64,000 nt of DNA from Leptogorgia sarmentosa. Taxonomy: Eukaryota. The stretch is taken from positions 4,402,001 through 4,466,000 of the forward strand of contig OZ210885.1 in the NCBI GenBank assembly GCA_964658305.1. The letters are read 5' to 3'. Below are positions 37,669 through 49,923 of the stretch, piece by piece. The notes beneath the pieces were generated by a model, which saw only the letters and a list, made by a program, of their open reading frames with translations, searched no databases and had not been told where the DNA came from. Each line of letters opens with the position of its first letter. Positions within the stretch are counted from its first letter, which is position 1. Made by a program: the position numbers and the translations under genes.

Positions 37669-39758
37669 GATAAACTATGCACTCACTGACTCTCACTCAA
37701 GCAGTCATTGTACTCATGTAACTTACTAACTTTATCACAAATAATCCATCATATAAAAATATATACATCGCAAACTTCGCATTAAACTAAAAATACTACA
37801 ACAGAATCCTGCAAAATAACTAAATATAAATTGACTTTGATATTTTTTCTACGCTTCTACATAGTTTTTAGCTTAAAAATGAATTGGAAAATACGTAAAT
37901 TTGTTCATTTAAAACAACGTTTGGAAAAAACATTGTCGTTTGTCGAAATTTCGTAGGCGGGATCCATTTTGCTCCATAACACGTCATTTGTCGGAAAATT
38001 CCGATTGGCTCCGTGAGAGAGCGACCAATAGGATTGCGTTGGATTGCCTCAGAAATGACGTAACATGAGCAAGATGGATCGATCGCCTACACAGGGGGCA
38101 GAAAAGTACAATTGTGTTTTATAAATACCTTGTCATCAACCTATATCTTGTATTTATTATATCACAACAATCCGCAGACAAAGTCATAAAAGGATCAACA
38201 TTGGTTGATTCTCTGGGTTGATTTTTATTTTTTCGATAATATCACGCCTTCTACTTCATGTAATTCAAACATCATTGGACTGCAACGACAATTTCCGAAC
38301 ATCTTACGATTGTGTTTCGGAAAGGATGCTCGAGTTCGTAGCCTGTGACGCGTAAATAAATAGGAAAGGGATGAAACGCCGAAAATCTTTCGTTCGACGT
38401 GCACCGCAACACATGGTGACGGAAGTTAACTCGACATTGTAACCGGAAGTAGAACCGAACCTAATTAACGGTGAATAACAGTTAATAATTCAAATAACAA
38501 TTAACAAATTTAAAAAAAACTGCGAAATTCAAAATCAAATATGGAATTAAGTTTTGTAACTAAAAGAAATGTGAATAATCCGGAAGAATTCGTTTCAAAA
38601 AAGGCTAAATTTTCTTGCAAAGCAACACACGCTCTTGTATCTAGATGGTGAGCTTTTCAATAGTTTTAAAACAATTGTTCTTGAATCGATGCCCCCTGTG
38701 AATATATTCACGACTTTGAACTTTATCTATGTCTGTAATCCAAACGGCAGTCTTTACACAAACCGGTCACGATTTAAACTCGTCTTCGGCGTGTGTGCAG
38801 ACTTTAAGATATATCAATACTAATAGACTATTTAAATTCAAAAATAAACTATACTTCTGGAACGAAAGAAATGGTAGTAAATTTAAATAAACTTAAAACG
38901 GTTTAGTTAATTCGGTTAATATAGACCTATTTGTAGTAACACCAGTGCATTTTGGCTTGTATTTTGTAGGCTTTGTATGCGCACTATCTTTGCAAGTTCG
39001 TAAATACGTCACTTCCGTCACCATGTGTTGCGGTGCACGTTGAAACAAAATAAGTCAAAATTGTAGTCCCAAAAATTTCGGTTTAATAGCCGTTTCTTAA
39101 AATTTCCTTGTACAGGTATCCCAAGTGTATCATATCTAAACTGTACACAAAAAATAAAAGGTTTTGGTTCAGAAACACACTAGTTATATCCATTCGAAAT
39201 ATTTCACGATCGCGCGTTTCACCCCTTTCTATTATTTATACGTGTAAATAGCCGATCGTTCTAGTATGAGCCCACGCTACTATGGTCAGTCCATGTAATA
39301 CAATGTTTGAATTACATGAAGTAGTCGGCATGATATTATCGGAAAAATTTCAAAAAATCAACATAATTTTCAACGTGATGAAACCTGGATGAAACTATGC
39401 GATATATAGGTTGATGACAAGGTATTTATAAAACACAATTGTACTTTTCTGCCCCCTGTGTCGCCTATCGACATTCGACAATATTTTTGTCAATACATTA
39501 TTTTAAATGAACAAATTTGCGTATTTTCCAACACATTTTACAACTGAAAACTCTATACAAGCTCAGAAAAATAACCAAATGAATTTATATTAAGTTATTT
39601 TGCAGGATTCTGTGGTAGTTTTTTAGTTCGAAGCGAAGTTTGCGATGTATTTCTATATGATGGATTGTTTGTGATAAGGCTGCCAATCTAATCTAAATCT
39701 AAATGACTAAATCCTGCTAAATACAATGACTGCGCGCGTGAGAGCACATAGTTATATC
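37669..39758. mobile_element. Palindromic MITE of about 700 bp, interrupted near its centre
   Basis: Arms such as TTATCACAAATAATCCATCATA..CATCGCAAACTTCGC (37732) / GCGAAGTTTGCGATG..TATGATGGATTGTTTGTGATAA (39633), and GCAGTCATTGTA / TACAATGACTGC. Confidence 0.7.
38090..39460. mobile_element. Non-autonomous foldback element of the P superfamily (Galileo-like)
   Basis: TCGCCTA|CACAGGGGGCAGAAAAGTAC...GTACTTTTCTGCCCCCTGTG|TCGCCTA. 7-bp TSD, a perfect TIR of more than 50 bp, and further nested IR blocks. Confidence 0.75.
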
Positions 39759-39783
39759 TGGGGCTGGTTGTTCAAAGCAAGAC

Positions 39784-39813
39784 AAACTTTGCACTATCCT
39801 TGGATTCCTAGTT
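39784..39813 (+). repeat. Isolated 30-bp terminus of the HINE-like family
   Basis: AAACTTTGCACTATCCTTGGATTCCTAGTT is the reverse complement of 2970-2999 with one mismatch. Confidence 0.7.
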
Positions 39814-40360
39814 AGGATTTCTAATCTCCTTGCTTAAATTTGGTGGACAAATGTTTGTTGTCAAATAGGAAACTAAATTATCGCACTGCAGTTTGTGGAT
39901 ACTTTTATAGTCTTTCCTCCCTTGTGAAATGTTTCGTGGCTCACAAAACTCGCCATTCTCCAAGCATTTTTTTTCAAGTCAATAACTCAGGCGCCATGTG
40001 CATGTTTATATCACTACAATATGTCAAATCAAGCAATAGTTTAGAGTTTTTACCTATAACTATTGCTCATAAAGATTGTAAATTGTAAGGTTTTTATCTA
40101 AATATACACACATTTGTAGGCTAAATGTTTTAAAACGTATAAACATCATTGTTGTTGAGAATAAAACAATTTAAGCACGGCATGTTTTCTTCATACGTAC
40201 TGCGGGCACACACGACTTCAATTTTTCAATTTTATTAGATATCCATCTTTGGCATATAGAAATACAATGGATTTACAAGTTAAAAATACTATACTAAGTT
40301 ACATATATAACCTATGAGAATGTAAAAATTAGAAAGTTTTAAAAGTTTTATATACATATG

Positions 40361-41125
40361 TGTTACGAGCATGGTCCGTAAAATTAATATTTCCTGCGTT
40401 TTGGCTCAATTTCTCTCGCAACAAAATATCAGCGTGAGACAGTTACGTTTATATAACTATATTTATTTCTTTAACCTAACAATTATTATGTGACCTTTAT
40501 AAGTATAGCGTCTTTGGAATATAATATCAAATTACTTATATTAAACTAAAAGTTCAACTTATCTCTCCTTTGTCTGAGCACAACTCTTTCGCTTCTTTAT
40601 GTAGCTGTAACTTTGTCTCTTTTATCTTCGACACTTCTACCGTATAATTCGTATAACAAGGCGTTAAAGCCTTCTATGTATTTGACCAACAAGACTCGAA
40701 GGTCTTGTATAACTAAACGCTTTCGAACAAGACTCAAAGGTCTTGTATAGCTTGTCGTTATTTAAAGCAAGGCTCGGAGGCCTTCTTCTTCTCCTCTCTC
40801 TCTCTCTCTCTCTCTACACATATTACATATATCTCTAAAGAGTTGTGCTCCTGCTTATATATACCGTGGAGAGGAACAGTCTTTTCATGCATTATCATTT
40901 CCTTTGGGAGGAATTTGCATTTCTTGCGGTAACCTCTCCCATGTATTACGCACTTGCGGTAATCTAGATTTTGCTTGCTCACGCATGACTCAACTAAAAG
41001 GCATCCCATGCGTGAAACAATTTTCTAAGGGTAAATAGTAAATAAGTATTTTATGGTATATAGTGATATATATTATAATATGGATTAAACTATAAACTAT
41101 ACATGATAATAGCTATCATGTAACA
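40361..41125 (-). mobile_element. Solo LTR with 5-bp TSD ATATG
   Basis: ATATG|TGTTACGAG ... CATGTAACA|ATATG. Homologous to the split LTR at 28662-37484. Confidence 0.9.
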
Positions 41126-41884
41126 ATATGTACAATGATCTAATTTCATGAGTTTGTTAATCTACACACCCTTGGGATAAAGGACGTACTATGCCTGTGT
41201 GTTTTTGAGGGCTGTCTTGGGGTGCTGTCTCTGGTCCTTCTCAGTTCGTAAGTGTGATTCTTATCACCAGATAGGAAACGATTACATGGGTTGTTTAAGA
41301 ATTCCACAATCCTTTTCAACTTGTTGCATGTTGCCCTTTTGAGAGGATTGGGAGAAACTGATCCACATGTCCTTAGTTTTTTGTCCATTGGCCCAATTCA
41401 TCACCTGACTAGTCGTCTGTTAACCACGATTCTACTATCAAATTTATTGTTGATTATATTTCAGAACAGTCGCCTCGATATAACAATGTAAACCACGTTA
41501 TTTCACTCAAAACAGCAATACAAAGATTTTAAACTTTAACTAAAACATGCTGGCAACGTCACATCCTCCCAAACTCCCTTGCGCCATTTTATTTCGCTCG
41601 TATGAAAAGCATGGCTGACCCTTCAAGCAGAAAGGAAATTCCATCTAATCTGTCGAATTTTGACAACACCTAAGACGATCCAAGCCATAATGGTACAGGT
41701 ACAGGTAATTCCAATGCTTCGGACTTAGTAAAAAATCAAAAATCTAAATGCACTATGAAAACAATAAAGAATCAAATTTTGCAAACCTTTTACGAATTTT
41801 ATTGCTATTATTTACAAATTTTCGCTTTTTGTGCCTTTGGTGCGTACAACTTGTCATAGGTCTTCAGTAATTTCCAAGTTGCAT

Positions 41885-44800
41885 CAGTGCCGCATTAACT
41901 TTTTCTGGGCCCCTGGGCACTTGGTGAGTATGGGCCCCCTCTGTCTTCTATGTCATGGTCATTGGGTTTTTTGTAGGTGCGAATTGCGAGACTGATTGCC
42001 TGCCTCGGTATTGTTTCAAAAATTTTTTCATATGTTAATTATGGTCGCCATGTTGGATTTAAGTTTTTAGCCGTGATTGTGTGAGGAGGCTTATGGAACT
42101 TCAGTTGAGTGATTTGAGAGATTTTACATAATGATCACAACGAGACTGAGATAATAAGATTAATCGTTAGTGAACTTTTTAATCGTTATTGAACTCAAAG
42201 ACAACTTTAAGAAGTTACAAAATACATATACTTCATTCACAATAACAAGTTGAAGGACTGCATGTATCTGTTCTATTTATTGTTCGTGACTTGCAAGTGG
42301 CAAATCAGCAGTTTTTATATATCAACTTGAGTAGTGTGATATAAATAATATTTCATGTCTTTACTAACACTTTGGTACTGGTTTTCTTCGACATTTCATG
42401 GCTGCAAATTTCTTACTTACTTCATTTACATCCAAGCTTTGTAAAACATCAACATTAGCGGACATTAAACACAAGGAAGCGAGTCTCTCTTGGGCCATTG
42501 TTGAACAAAGAGGACTCTTTATTCGTTTTAAGGCAGAAAAGCATCTCTCCCCCGACGCAACACCACAAGGTAAGGTTAGGAACAATCGTAGTGCGATTGT
42601 GGCATTTGGAAAGGTTGCAACAACACGCCCGTTGATGATCAGCTCTAGCAAAAATTGAGCAGTTGGCTTGCTTACTTCCTTGCCATCATTTTCAGAACTC
42701 TCGTCGCACTCGCTTGATTCGAGATCTCTCTTTGCTAGGAAGCTTCTTAGGGGCTCTTTCACAAAGCTGAAAAACTGAATCATTTCGTTGACCATGTTGT
42801 CATCAAAGTGCATTGGATAAGCCTTCTTTAATGCGTTGCATTTTTCAACAATGTTGTCTTCCTCTTTTGGAAAAGACAAGAAGTCAAACCGTTCAGATAT
42901 CAGCTGGTAGGATTTCTTACGGCGGGCTAATTCACTCCGGATACTGTCAATGATAGCAAGAAAGGTATCGACATAAAACTTATCCGGACCAGGTAACTGA
43001 TCATCATCGCTTATGCTTTCGTCTGAAGCTTTCTTTCGTTTCTTTCTCCGCATCCTGTCATCTTTAAACTCTTGGTATGTGTTCTCAGAAAAGTACTTCG
43101 CACGTTTGAGATAATTGTCGAACTGATTTCTGTTCCTGAGGTCATTGACAAACGACTGTAAACTATTGATCAGATCGACCACACATGACAAGCTTATATC
43201 AATTTTCTGCAAGGAAAGATTGGTTTTATGGATTCTGCCAAGTAAATCGTACCAAAATAAAACCATGAAAGCAAATTCGAGTGAATCTATCTTCTCTGAA
43301 ATCGAAGCTGTTCTTTCGCGTGGTTGGCGTTTGCTCTTCATCTGACGCCAAGTCTTCCTTGATAGCACCTTCACTTTTGACAATGGCTTTGATTGCATCA
43401 TGGCGTGCTGACCATCTAGTATCCGATAATTTCTTCTTTCGACTAATCCTTTCTTGGCCAGTTTGCCTTTGATGACTTCCTAGCGACATGGCGACGCAGA
43501 AAAAAACCTGTAGATCTCCGCAACAATGCAGAAAAACAATACTGCTGCTGTGTAACTCTCAGCAGCAGAGGTTCCTACCAAGTTTAGTGAATGTGCAGCA
43601 CATGGTACGTATGGTATGTATGGCGCACATTGATTAATTTTGCTAATTCTTGCTTGAACACCAGAGTATTTGCCAGACATGTTCGATGCATTGTCATATG
43701 ACTGGCCCCTGCACATATTGATATCCAATCCTAATGCTGCAACTAATGAAAGAATTCTCTCTGTCAGTGTCTCGCTTTTGTGTGACTTGATGGGAACAAA
43801 GCCTACATATCTTTCTACAGGCTTTGCGTTCTCAATGTATCTTACAACTAGTGTGAGTTGATCGATGTGGGATATGTCAGGTGTAGAGTCCGCAATGATG
43901 GAATAGTATTTCAAATTAAGGATAGATGATAAAATATTTGCCTTAACTTCAGAAGCAAGAATACTTATGACTTCTTCCATGACAGTGTGAGACAAATAGG
44001 ATGTGTTACCACGTCCTCTGTTGCCATAGCGGGTAATATGATCAGCCAAAAACGTATCAAACTTAGCAATAAGTTCCATAGCACCAAGATAGTTGCCATT
44101 ATGTGGATTACCAATTTCATGTGAATCTCCCCTGAATGCTTGCCCTCTTTCAGCTAAATAGCGCACTGACTCAATAACTCGTACGATAACTGCCTCCCAG
44201 TAACGTTCTTCCTGTTGAAGAAGCAAAAGTTGCTGGGAATCCACCAATCCATTTTTCATCTCCCACAATTTGAATACCTTAATGCTCTCAAAATGACCAG
44301 AACACTTTTCATGCTGATGGACAACTTCTGGATGTTTCCAGTCATCAAAACCCTTCTCTGAAAATAAACAGTTGTTTGGATTTGAATCAAATAAAGTACA
44401 GTAAAAACAAAATATTTTTCCAGTTGAAGGAGAATACAAGAGCCAGTCCCTTGACACAATTTCACCATTTGGCAATACTCTTCCAAGAAGAGACTTTGTG
44501 AAATATCGAAGCTTTATCTTATTTTTCTCGTTATATTCTCTGGCTGATGCTCTATGGTCGCACTCCCAGTTTTGGCAGCTTTTTGGACCATTAGTTGACC
44601 AGTAGCGTTTCAAATCAGGCGAAATCGGTTTCCAGAGTGCAGGATCAGTTGGAAAAGGATCCGATTCAGGGTAAGGGATGGTCATACTACTCTCGAGATC
44701 AGGAAACTGGGTTAGTGTGCCAGTGCTACTGCCAATTGTAGTTGTTTCAACATGATCGACGGTGGTTTCTACGTAACAGTCTAGTTCGGTTGTATTGTTG

Positions 44801-45477
44801 ACAATTGTCAGCCCAGATTTTGAACCTTCGTTAACAGTATCACAAACATGCTGATGCTGTCCAATTTCTTCAAACGTCTTATCCGTTTCAGCGGTTGGGC
44901 TCACATCGTCTCGAAGTACTTCGATTCTATCATCATCTACATTGGAATTAGGTGCATTAGACGATAATCCAAAATTTGAGAGTGTTAAGATTGTTGCTAG
45001 AAGGCTCTTGTTTGCAGCTTCCTTCTCCTTTCGGATTTTTCTCTTTGCCGCACCACTCAACGATGACGATCGTCCATTATAAGCACTCGTGTTTTATTCA
45101 TTTCAAATCTTCATTTTGAAAAGCAATTGTCAGTTTAGCTACCTTGGTCAGCGGCTTGCTTTAAAAAAATTGATGTACTTGATGTAAACTAGTGGTAAAG
45201 TCACCAAAATAGATGCATTTTCGTTGGCAATTTTAAATTTATTTTATTTTATTTACAAACTTTGAGTTAATCTCCATTGTGCCCCCCCCCCCCCCCCCCC
45301 CCCCGGCCCCTTAAAAATATATACAGATTAAAAGACGCAAAGTAGTCTGTAATAGTTTGCACCGGAAAGTTGTGCTTTGAATTTTACTTTACTCTCTTTG
45401 TCAAACTCAAAATTTTTGCTAAAATGCTTGGGCCCCCTGGCCCGGGCCCAGTTGGCCCTGTGGTTAATGCAGCACTG
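41885..45477 (-). mobile_element. hAT DNA transposon, full length, perfect 8-bp TSD AGTTGCAT
   Basis: AGTTGCAT|CAGTGCCGCATTAAC ... GTTAATGCAGCACTG|AGTTGCAT. Confidence 0.95.
42364..45060 (-). pseudogene. ZMYM1-like hAT transposase (TTF zinc finger, DUF4371, dimerisation domain); frameshifts near 43330-43490
   Basis: RDWLLYS..FCFYC; AFRG; SIIADSTPDISHIDQL; GQSYDNASNMSG; CAAHSLNL; TRWS; ERCFSALKRIK. Confidence 0.9.
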
Positions 45478-46714
45478 AGTTGCATGTTATATTGTTTCTA
45501 GCAAATAAGGGAATTTGAGAATGCATTCGGGCTCTAAATTGTAATGTCTATTCTGTTCTCTCGCGTATTTCTCTCAATAATTTTGCGAAAATTGCAAAAA
45601 CAGCATTGTACTTTTATGCTTTTACCATGCAACACCAACAACCCTAACAACCATAGCATATGACCAGAAAACCAATCGCACTGTGGATTTCTGTGATTTT
45701 GTTCTGTCATCATTGACGTGGGGAAAATATTCACATTCTTTTCTGCAAACGACAAATGAGTTATATGGAGAAACGACTCCAGGTGCCCTAAATTGGTTTC
45801 CACAGCCATTGCAGACAGAAATCCTCCCAGTTATCTTCTTTATGTAGTATGGATTTTGCGAAAATGGAACAGGTGGTTCAGGGTGGCAAAGGTATTCCTG
45901 GACCAACTGGTGCAATCGGGGCAAAGATAGGTACTGGATTTGGATATTGGTGGATGGGATGTCTGATGGGGTTTGCATGGAAATGTGCTTGCGAAGCATT
46001 GTTTATCTCTGCAGGTCTTACTGTGGCCGTTGCAGGGGGAATCGGAATGGAAGCAGTGACTGGGGGTGGATCATTGAGGGGAACTCTTGGTTCTCTTTCT
46101 GTAATTTCTTGGCTTGCTTTTCTGCCTTTACGTCTTATTACACCAGGTTTCTTTCCGGGATTCTCTGGCATGTTTGACACTACGGCTCCTGATAACTTGG
46201 CTGCATTTTTAGCTCTGTATGTGCAATACCATTCGAGTAATTGTGCACTTTTCTGATTGTGTGCTGCAGCAAAATCGTGGAATATTGCGAGAGGACAGAA
46301 TAGACAATACTATCTCAATTTGTTGTTATACATCATATTCCCATGCTCTGTATGTAATTTTTGTCATCCCAATATTTCAAACAATAAAAAAATAACCCGG
46401 GTCAATTGATTGAAATGCCTTTCTTTTGTGCGCGCAAGGCAGAAGCGATAGGGTTATGGGGTTTTCTTCCTTTTCTTCATTTGAACATCGGACTTTAACA
46501 CAGCGCGTCACGTTTGATATTTTTAAAATATAGTTCTGCACTTCTGTTTATCTTATAAGGATAATACCGATGTATTTCCGAGGCGCAAAAGGCGAAAATT
46601 TGTAAATAATAGCGATAAAATTTGTAAAAGGTTTGCAAAATTTGACCCTTCATTGTTTTCATAGTGCATTTTGATTTTTGTCGTACTCCGTGCTCCGTCT
46701 TTTACTAAATGCCC

Positions 46715-47400
46715 TTTACAAATGCTTTGATCAGCGCTTACAAATCCTTCCTTGGGAGCGAGCAAGGCTCCAACCGGATCGAATTCACGAGCGCCCAAGG
46801 CTCGTCCCCTCGAACCAGATATTGAAATTATTGATGCCGGGGCGACCAAGGCCCACAACATGGCAAGGACAATTGAACAATCAGTGTCCGATGATGCGCA
46901 ACACCATCCAAACGACCGCATCTGCATGCCTTCTCACAGGCAGAGCAACTGAATAAGACCGAAGAGTTCGACGATGAATTTGCTTCGCCTGCCTCATGTT
47001 GGCAGGCAAGCTCCCAACTGGCTGATTTTATTGAATCCTTTTCAAAGCCATTGCAACCGTTCGACCGAAAGACAATATGTCGAAAATACCCTAGACCAGA
47101 CATGGAGGCCGCTTATACTCCGGCCTTAGACACCTATTTATGTAGCCTTGTCTCTGGCATGAAACAGGCTGACAAAGACGGTTGATTCTTGCAAGATCGA
47201 GTTCTGGACATTTTACGTCCTTTATCCTTTGCTTACGAGCATTTAAACCAAATTCAGAGTCCATCTGAACAAGGGAACACTATAACATCCCAAGAGCAAA
47301 TCCAAGTGCTCTTTACTGCTATCTGCCATGGTATGCTTCTAGTGAGCAACGCATCTGCCCTCTTGTCCAAGGAGAGGGCGTAACTTGGTCTTAAAAAGGG
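46715..47400 (+). pseudogene. DIRS gag-like ORF, degraded
   Basis: DRKTICRKYPRPD..TPALD..LQDRVLDILRPL, upstream of RT. Confidence 0.65.
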
Positions 47401-47429
47401 ACTATCCACCAGGTTTCGGGGGATCAAAG

Positions 47430-48950
47430 ACACAATGGAGGATAAATCAATTTGTGAGGTACGAACACTTCAAAATGGAAAACATTCATATGCTCTGGGA
47501 TCTATTGCGGAAGGACGACTATTTGGTCAAAATAGATTTAAAAGACGTGTACTTCACAGCCCCCATTTGGGAACATCACCAAAAATTTCTACGGTTTATT
47601 TGGAAGGAAAACCATTACAAGTTTGCCTGCCTTCCTTTCGGACTAGCATCCGCTCCGAGTTTTCACCAAAATCATGAAACCAGTAATAGGGCTATTGCGC
47701 CAGTTAGGAATTCGCATTATAGCTTATCTCGACGACTTGTTGATAATGGCCGAAAGTATAGATCTGGCCAAATGTCATGCAGTGACCACTGTGAACCTTC
47801 TAGAGAGTCTGGGGTTCATTATAAATTACCAGAAATCAGCCCTAACTCCAACAACAACAATGGAGTTTCTGGGATTTCTTGTCAACTCAACAACTTTGAC
47901 TTTATCTCTCCCAAAGGAAAAGATAAGAAAAGCCAAAAAAGCATGCCAGTCAATTCTAGACAACCCAATGCCATCAATACAACAACTTTCCCAACTTTTG
48001 GAAAAGACAAGAACAAAGCCTTAAGTGCTTGCAAAGACTACTCAGCCACAGTCCAGCTCAGTCAAAATGCAACGGAAGAGTTGGTCTCGTGGAGGGACAA
48101 TCTGCAAGCCTGGAATGGGAAAGCCCTAGTTTCGGGGGAACCCGACTTAATAATAGAAACGGATGATTCCCACCAAGGGTGGGGAGCCTCTTCCATGGGT
48201 TCGACAACAGGGGGACGATGGTCTCTCCAAGAGCAACACCTCCACATAAATTGTCTAGAGCTGCTAGCTGGAGCTTTCGCCCTCAAAGCCTTTATGAAGA
48301 ACAAGGCTCAAATGCGGGTACGACTGTTAATGGACAACACCTCAGCAGCTCACTACATCAACAAGATGGGAGGGACAAGGTCCCCAATCCTGGCGTCACT
48401 AGCAAAGGATCTTTGGGAATGGTGCCTAATCGTGCTCGAAGCCCAACATATCCCAGGGGTTTTAAATGTAGACGCAGACAGGGAGTCCCGGGTCTTTGTC
48501 AACAACAACGATTGGAAACTAGCACCCCTAGCGTTCAAAGACCTAAATTGTGTTTGGGGTCCCCTCGATATAGATCTCTTTGATTCCCGACTGTCAACAG
48601 AGCTTCCTCGCTTTGTCAGCTGGAGGTCAGACCCAGAGGCGGAGTCATGCAATGCATGGGCTCAAGATTGGAGCAGGTTTCAAGGCTACGCCTTCCCCCC
48701 CTTTTTGTTGGTGGGACGTTGTTTAAAACAGGTTTTAATTCACAGTGTACAGGCTCTGGTACTAGTAGCCCCAATTTGGAAAACACAACCTTGGTATCCT
48801 CTTCTTCTGGAATTAAGCATAGCACCACCACAGCTGCTACCACTCTTTCCCGGCCTATTAACAAAACAACAGGAAGTTCACCCACTAACCAATCTCCAGT
48901 TAGCAGGGTGGCTAGTATCAGCCAATCATACACAGCAGCAGGTGGCTTAA
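47430..48950 (+). pseudogene. DIRS RT, RNase H and DNA adenine methyltransferase-like domains (frameshifted, with deletions)
   Basis: HFKME; KIDLKDVYF; LPFGLASAP; AYLDDLLI; ETDDSHQGWG; HINCLELLA; MDNTSA..YINKMGGT; DIDLF; YAFPPF; QPWYP. Confidence 0.9.
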
Positions 48951-48951
48951 A

Positions 48952-49923
48952 TTGGCGGCATTAAAGGCAGCTCAAAACTTGCTTCTCGCGGCATGGAGAA
49001 ACGGTACTTCAGACGCTTATTCCTCAGCTTGGCGAAAATGGGACAGCTGGTGTTGTGAACAGGAAATTAATCCCGTTTGTGCCGATATTGCCTTCATCCT
49101 AGACTTTCTTACATCTGAGTTTGAATCAGGGAAAGCTTACCGAACTTTAAATGTGTATCGGTCTGCCATCTCTATGACACACCCGCCAATTGATAGAGTA
49201 AGAGTGGGTAAACATCCTCTAGTATCTCAATTGTTAAAAGGAGTGGCCAATTCATGCCCACCATTACCATGTTATTCCGTCACTTGGGATATCCAAACTG
49301 TGATAGACTATATGAACTCCTTAGGTTGTAATGAAGCCATGTCACTTAAGTGTTTGTCACAGAAGTTGGGCATTTTGTCAGCCATATCATCACTGGAACG
49401 AGTTTCAGAAATTGTAGCTCATGATCTTTGCTTTAGACGCTTTCTTCCCGAAGGAGTAGTTTTTGAACTACTGGACCTAGTTAAGAAATCTCGCTTTCTG
49501 CACGATTTCAAGAAATCTTTTCATGCAAGCTTTCCAGAGAGTCCTGACCTTTGTGTGGTTAACTGTCTTCGGGAGTATGAAAAGCAAACTAAAGAATTCC
49601 GCACACATATAGACAGCACAAAACCTAATCGTTTATTGTTATCTTACATTCGACCCCATAAGCCTATAACATCAGATACTCTCAGTCGTGGGGTTGTAGA
49701 ATTCTTAAAAGATGCAGGAGTAAACACCAGTGCTTTTAAAGCTCACTCAAGGCGAAGTGCTACATCTTCTGCTGCTGTTAGAAATAATTGCCTTCTTAAA
49801 GATATCTTGGCTTTGGCTGACTGGACTACCGACTCCACATTTAAACGGTTTTACTATAGACCGGTTTATAGTCAGCAAGTTGTGCATAGTATTCTAAGTG
49901 CATCTTCCAACAACAGTTCATGA
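48952..49923 (+). CDS. DIRS tyrosine recombinase
   Basis: SAM-like N-terminus YSSAWRKW..YRTLNVYRSAIS; catalytic R (ERVSE), HxxR (AHSRR), W and Y (DWTTDSTFKRFYY). Confidence 0.85.
   Translation: MAALKAAQNLLLAAWRNGTSDAYSSAWRKWDSWCCEQEINPVCADIAFILDFLTSEFESGKAYRTLNVYRSAISMTHPPIDRVRVGKHPLVSQLLKGVANSCPPLPCYSVTWDIQTVIDYMNSLGCNEAMSLKCLSQKLGILSAISSLERVSEIVAHDLCFRRFLPEGVVFELLDLVKKSRFLHDFKKSFHASFPESPDLCVVNCLREYEKQTKEFRTHIDSTKPNRLLLSYIRPHKPITSDTLSRGVVEFLKDAGVNTSAFKAHSRRSATSSAAVRNNCLLKDILALADWTTDSTFKRFYYRPVYSQQVVHSILSASSNNSS

Larger units (their letters stand above)
41721..46714 (-). mobile_element. MULE-like TIR element, internally deleted, inserted in the DIRS gag region
   Basis: Imperfect TIRs of about 120 bp (ATGCACTATGAAAACAAT..TTTTGCAAACCTTTTAC / GTAAAAGGTTTGCAAAA..ATTGTTTTCATAGTGCAT). 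Remnant ORF at 45560-46300 with PYYIKKITGRISVCNGC. Confidence 0.55.

Noticed and set aside
28662..41125. The two LTRs as the paired ends of one provirus
   Set aside because: The right LTR has its own TSD, and the PBS and gag lie outside the interval between them.
45282..45304. Poly-C tract as a G-quadruplex regulatory element
   Set aside because: It is an expanded GCCCCC sub-terminal motif of the hAT; homopolymer length is unreliable.
48500..48900. Adenine methyltransferase as a restriction-modification or bacterial gene
   Set aside because: It is the known methyltransferase-like domain of DIRS1 pol.
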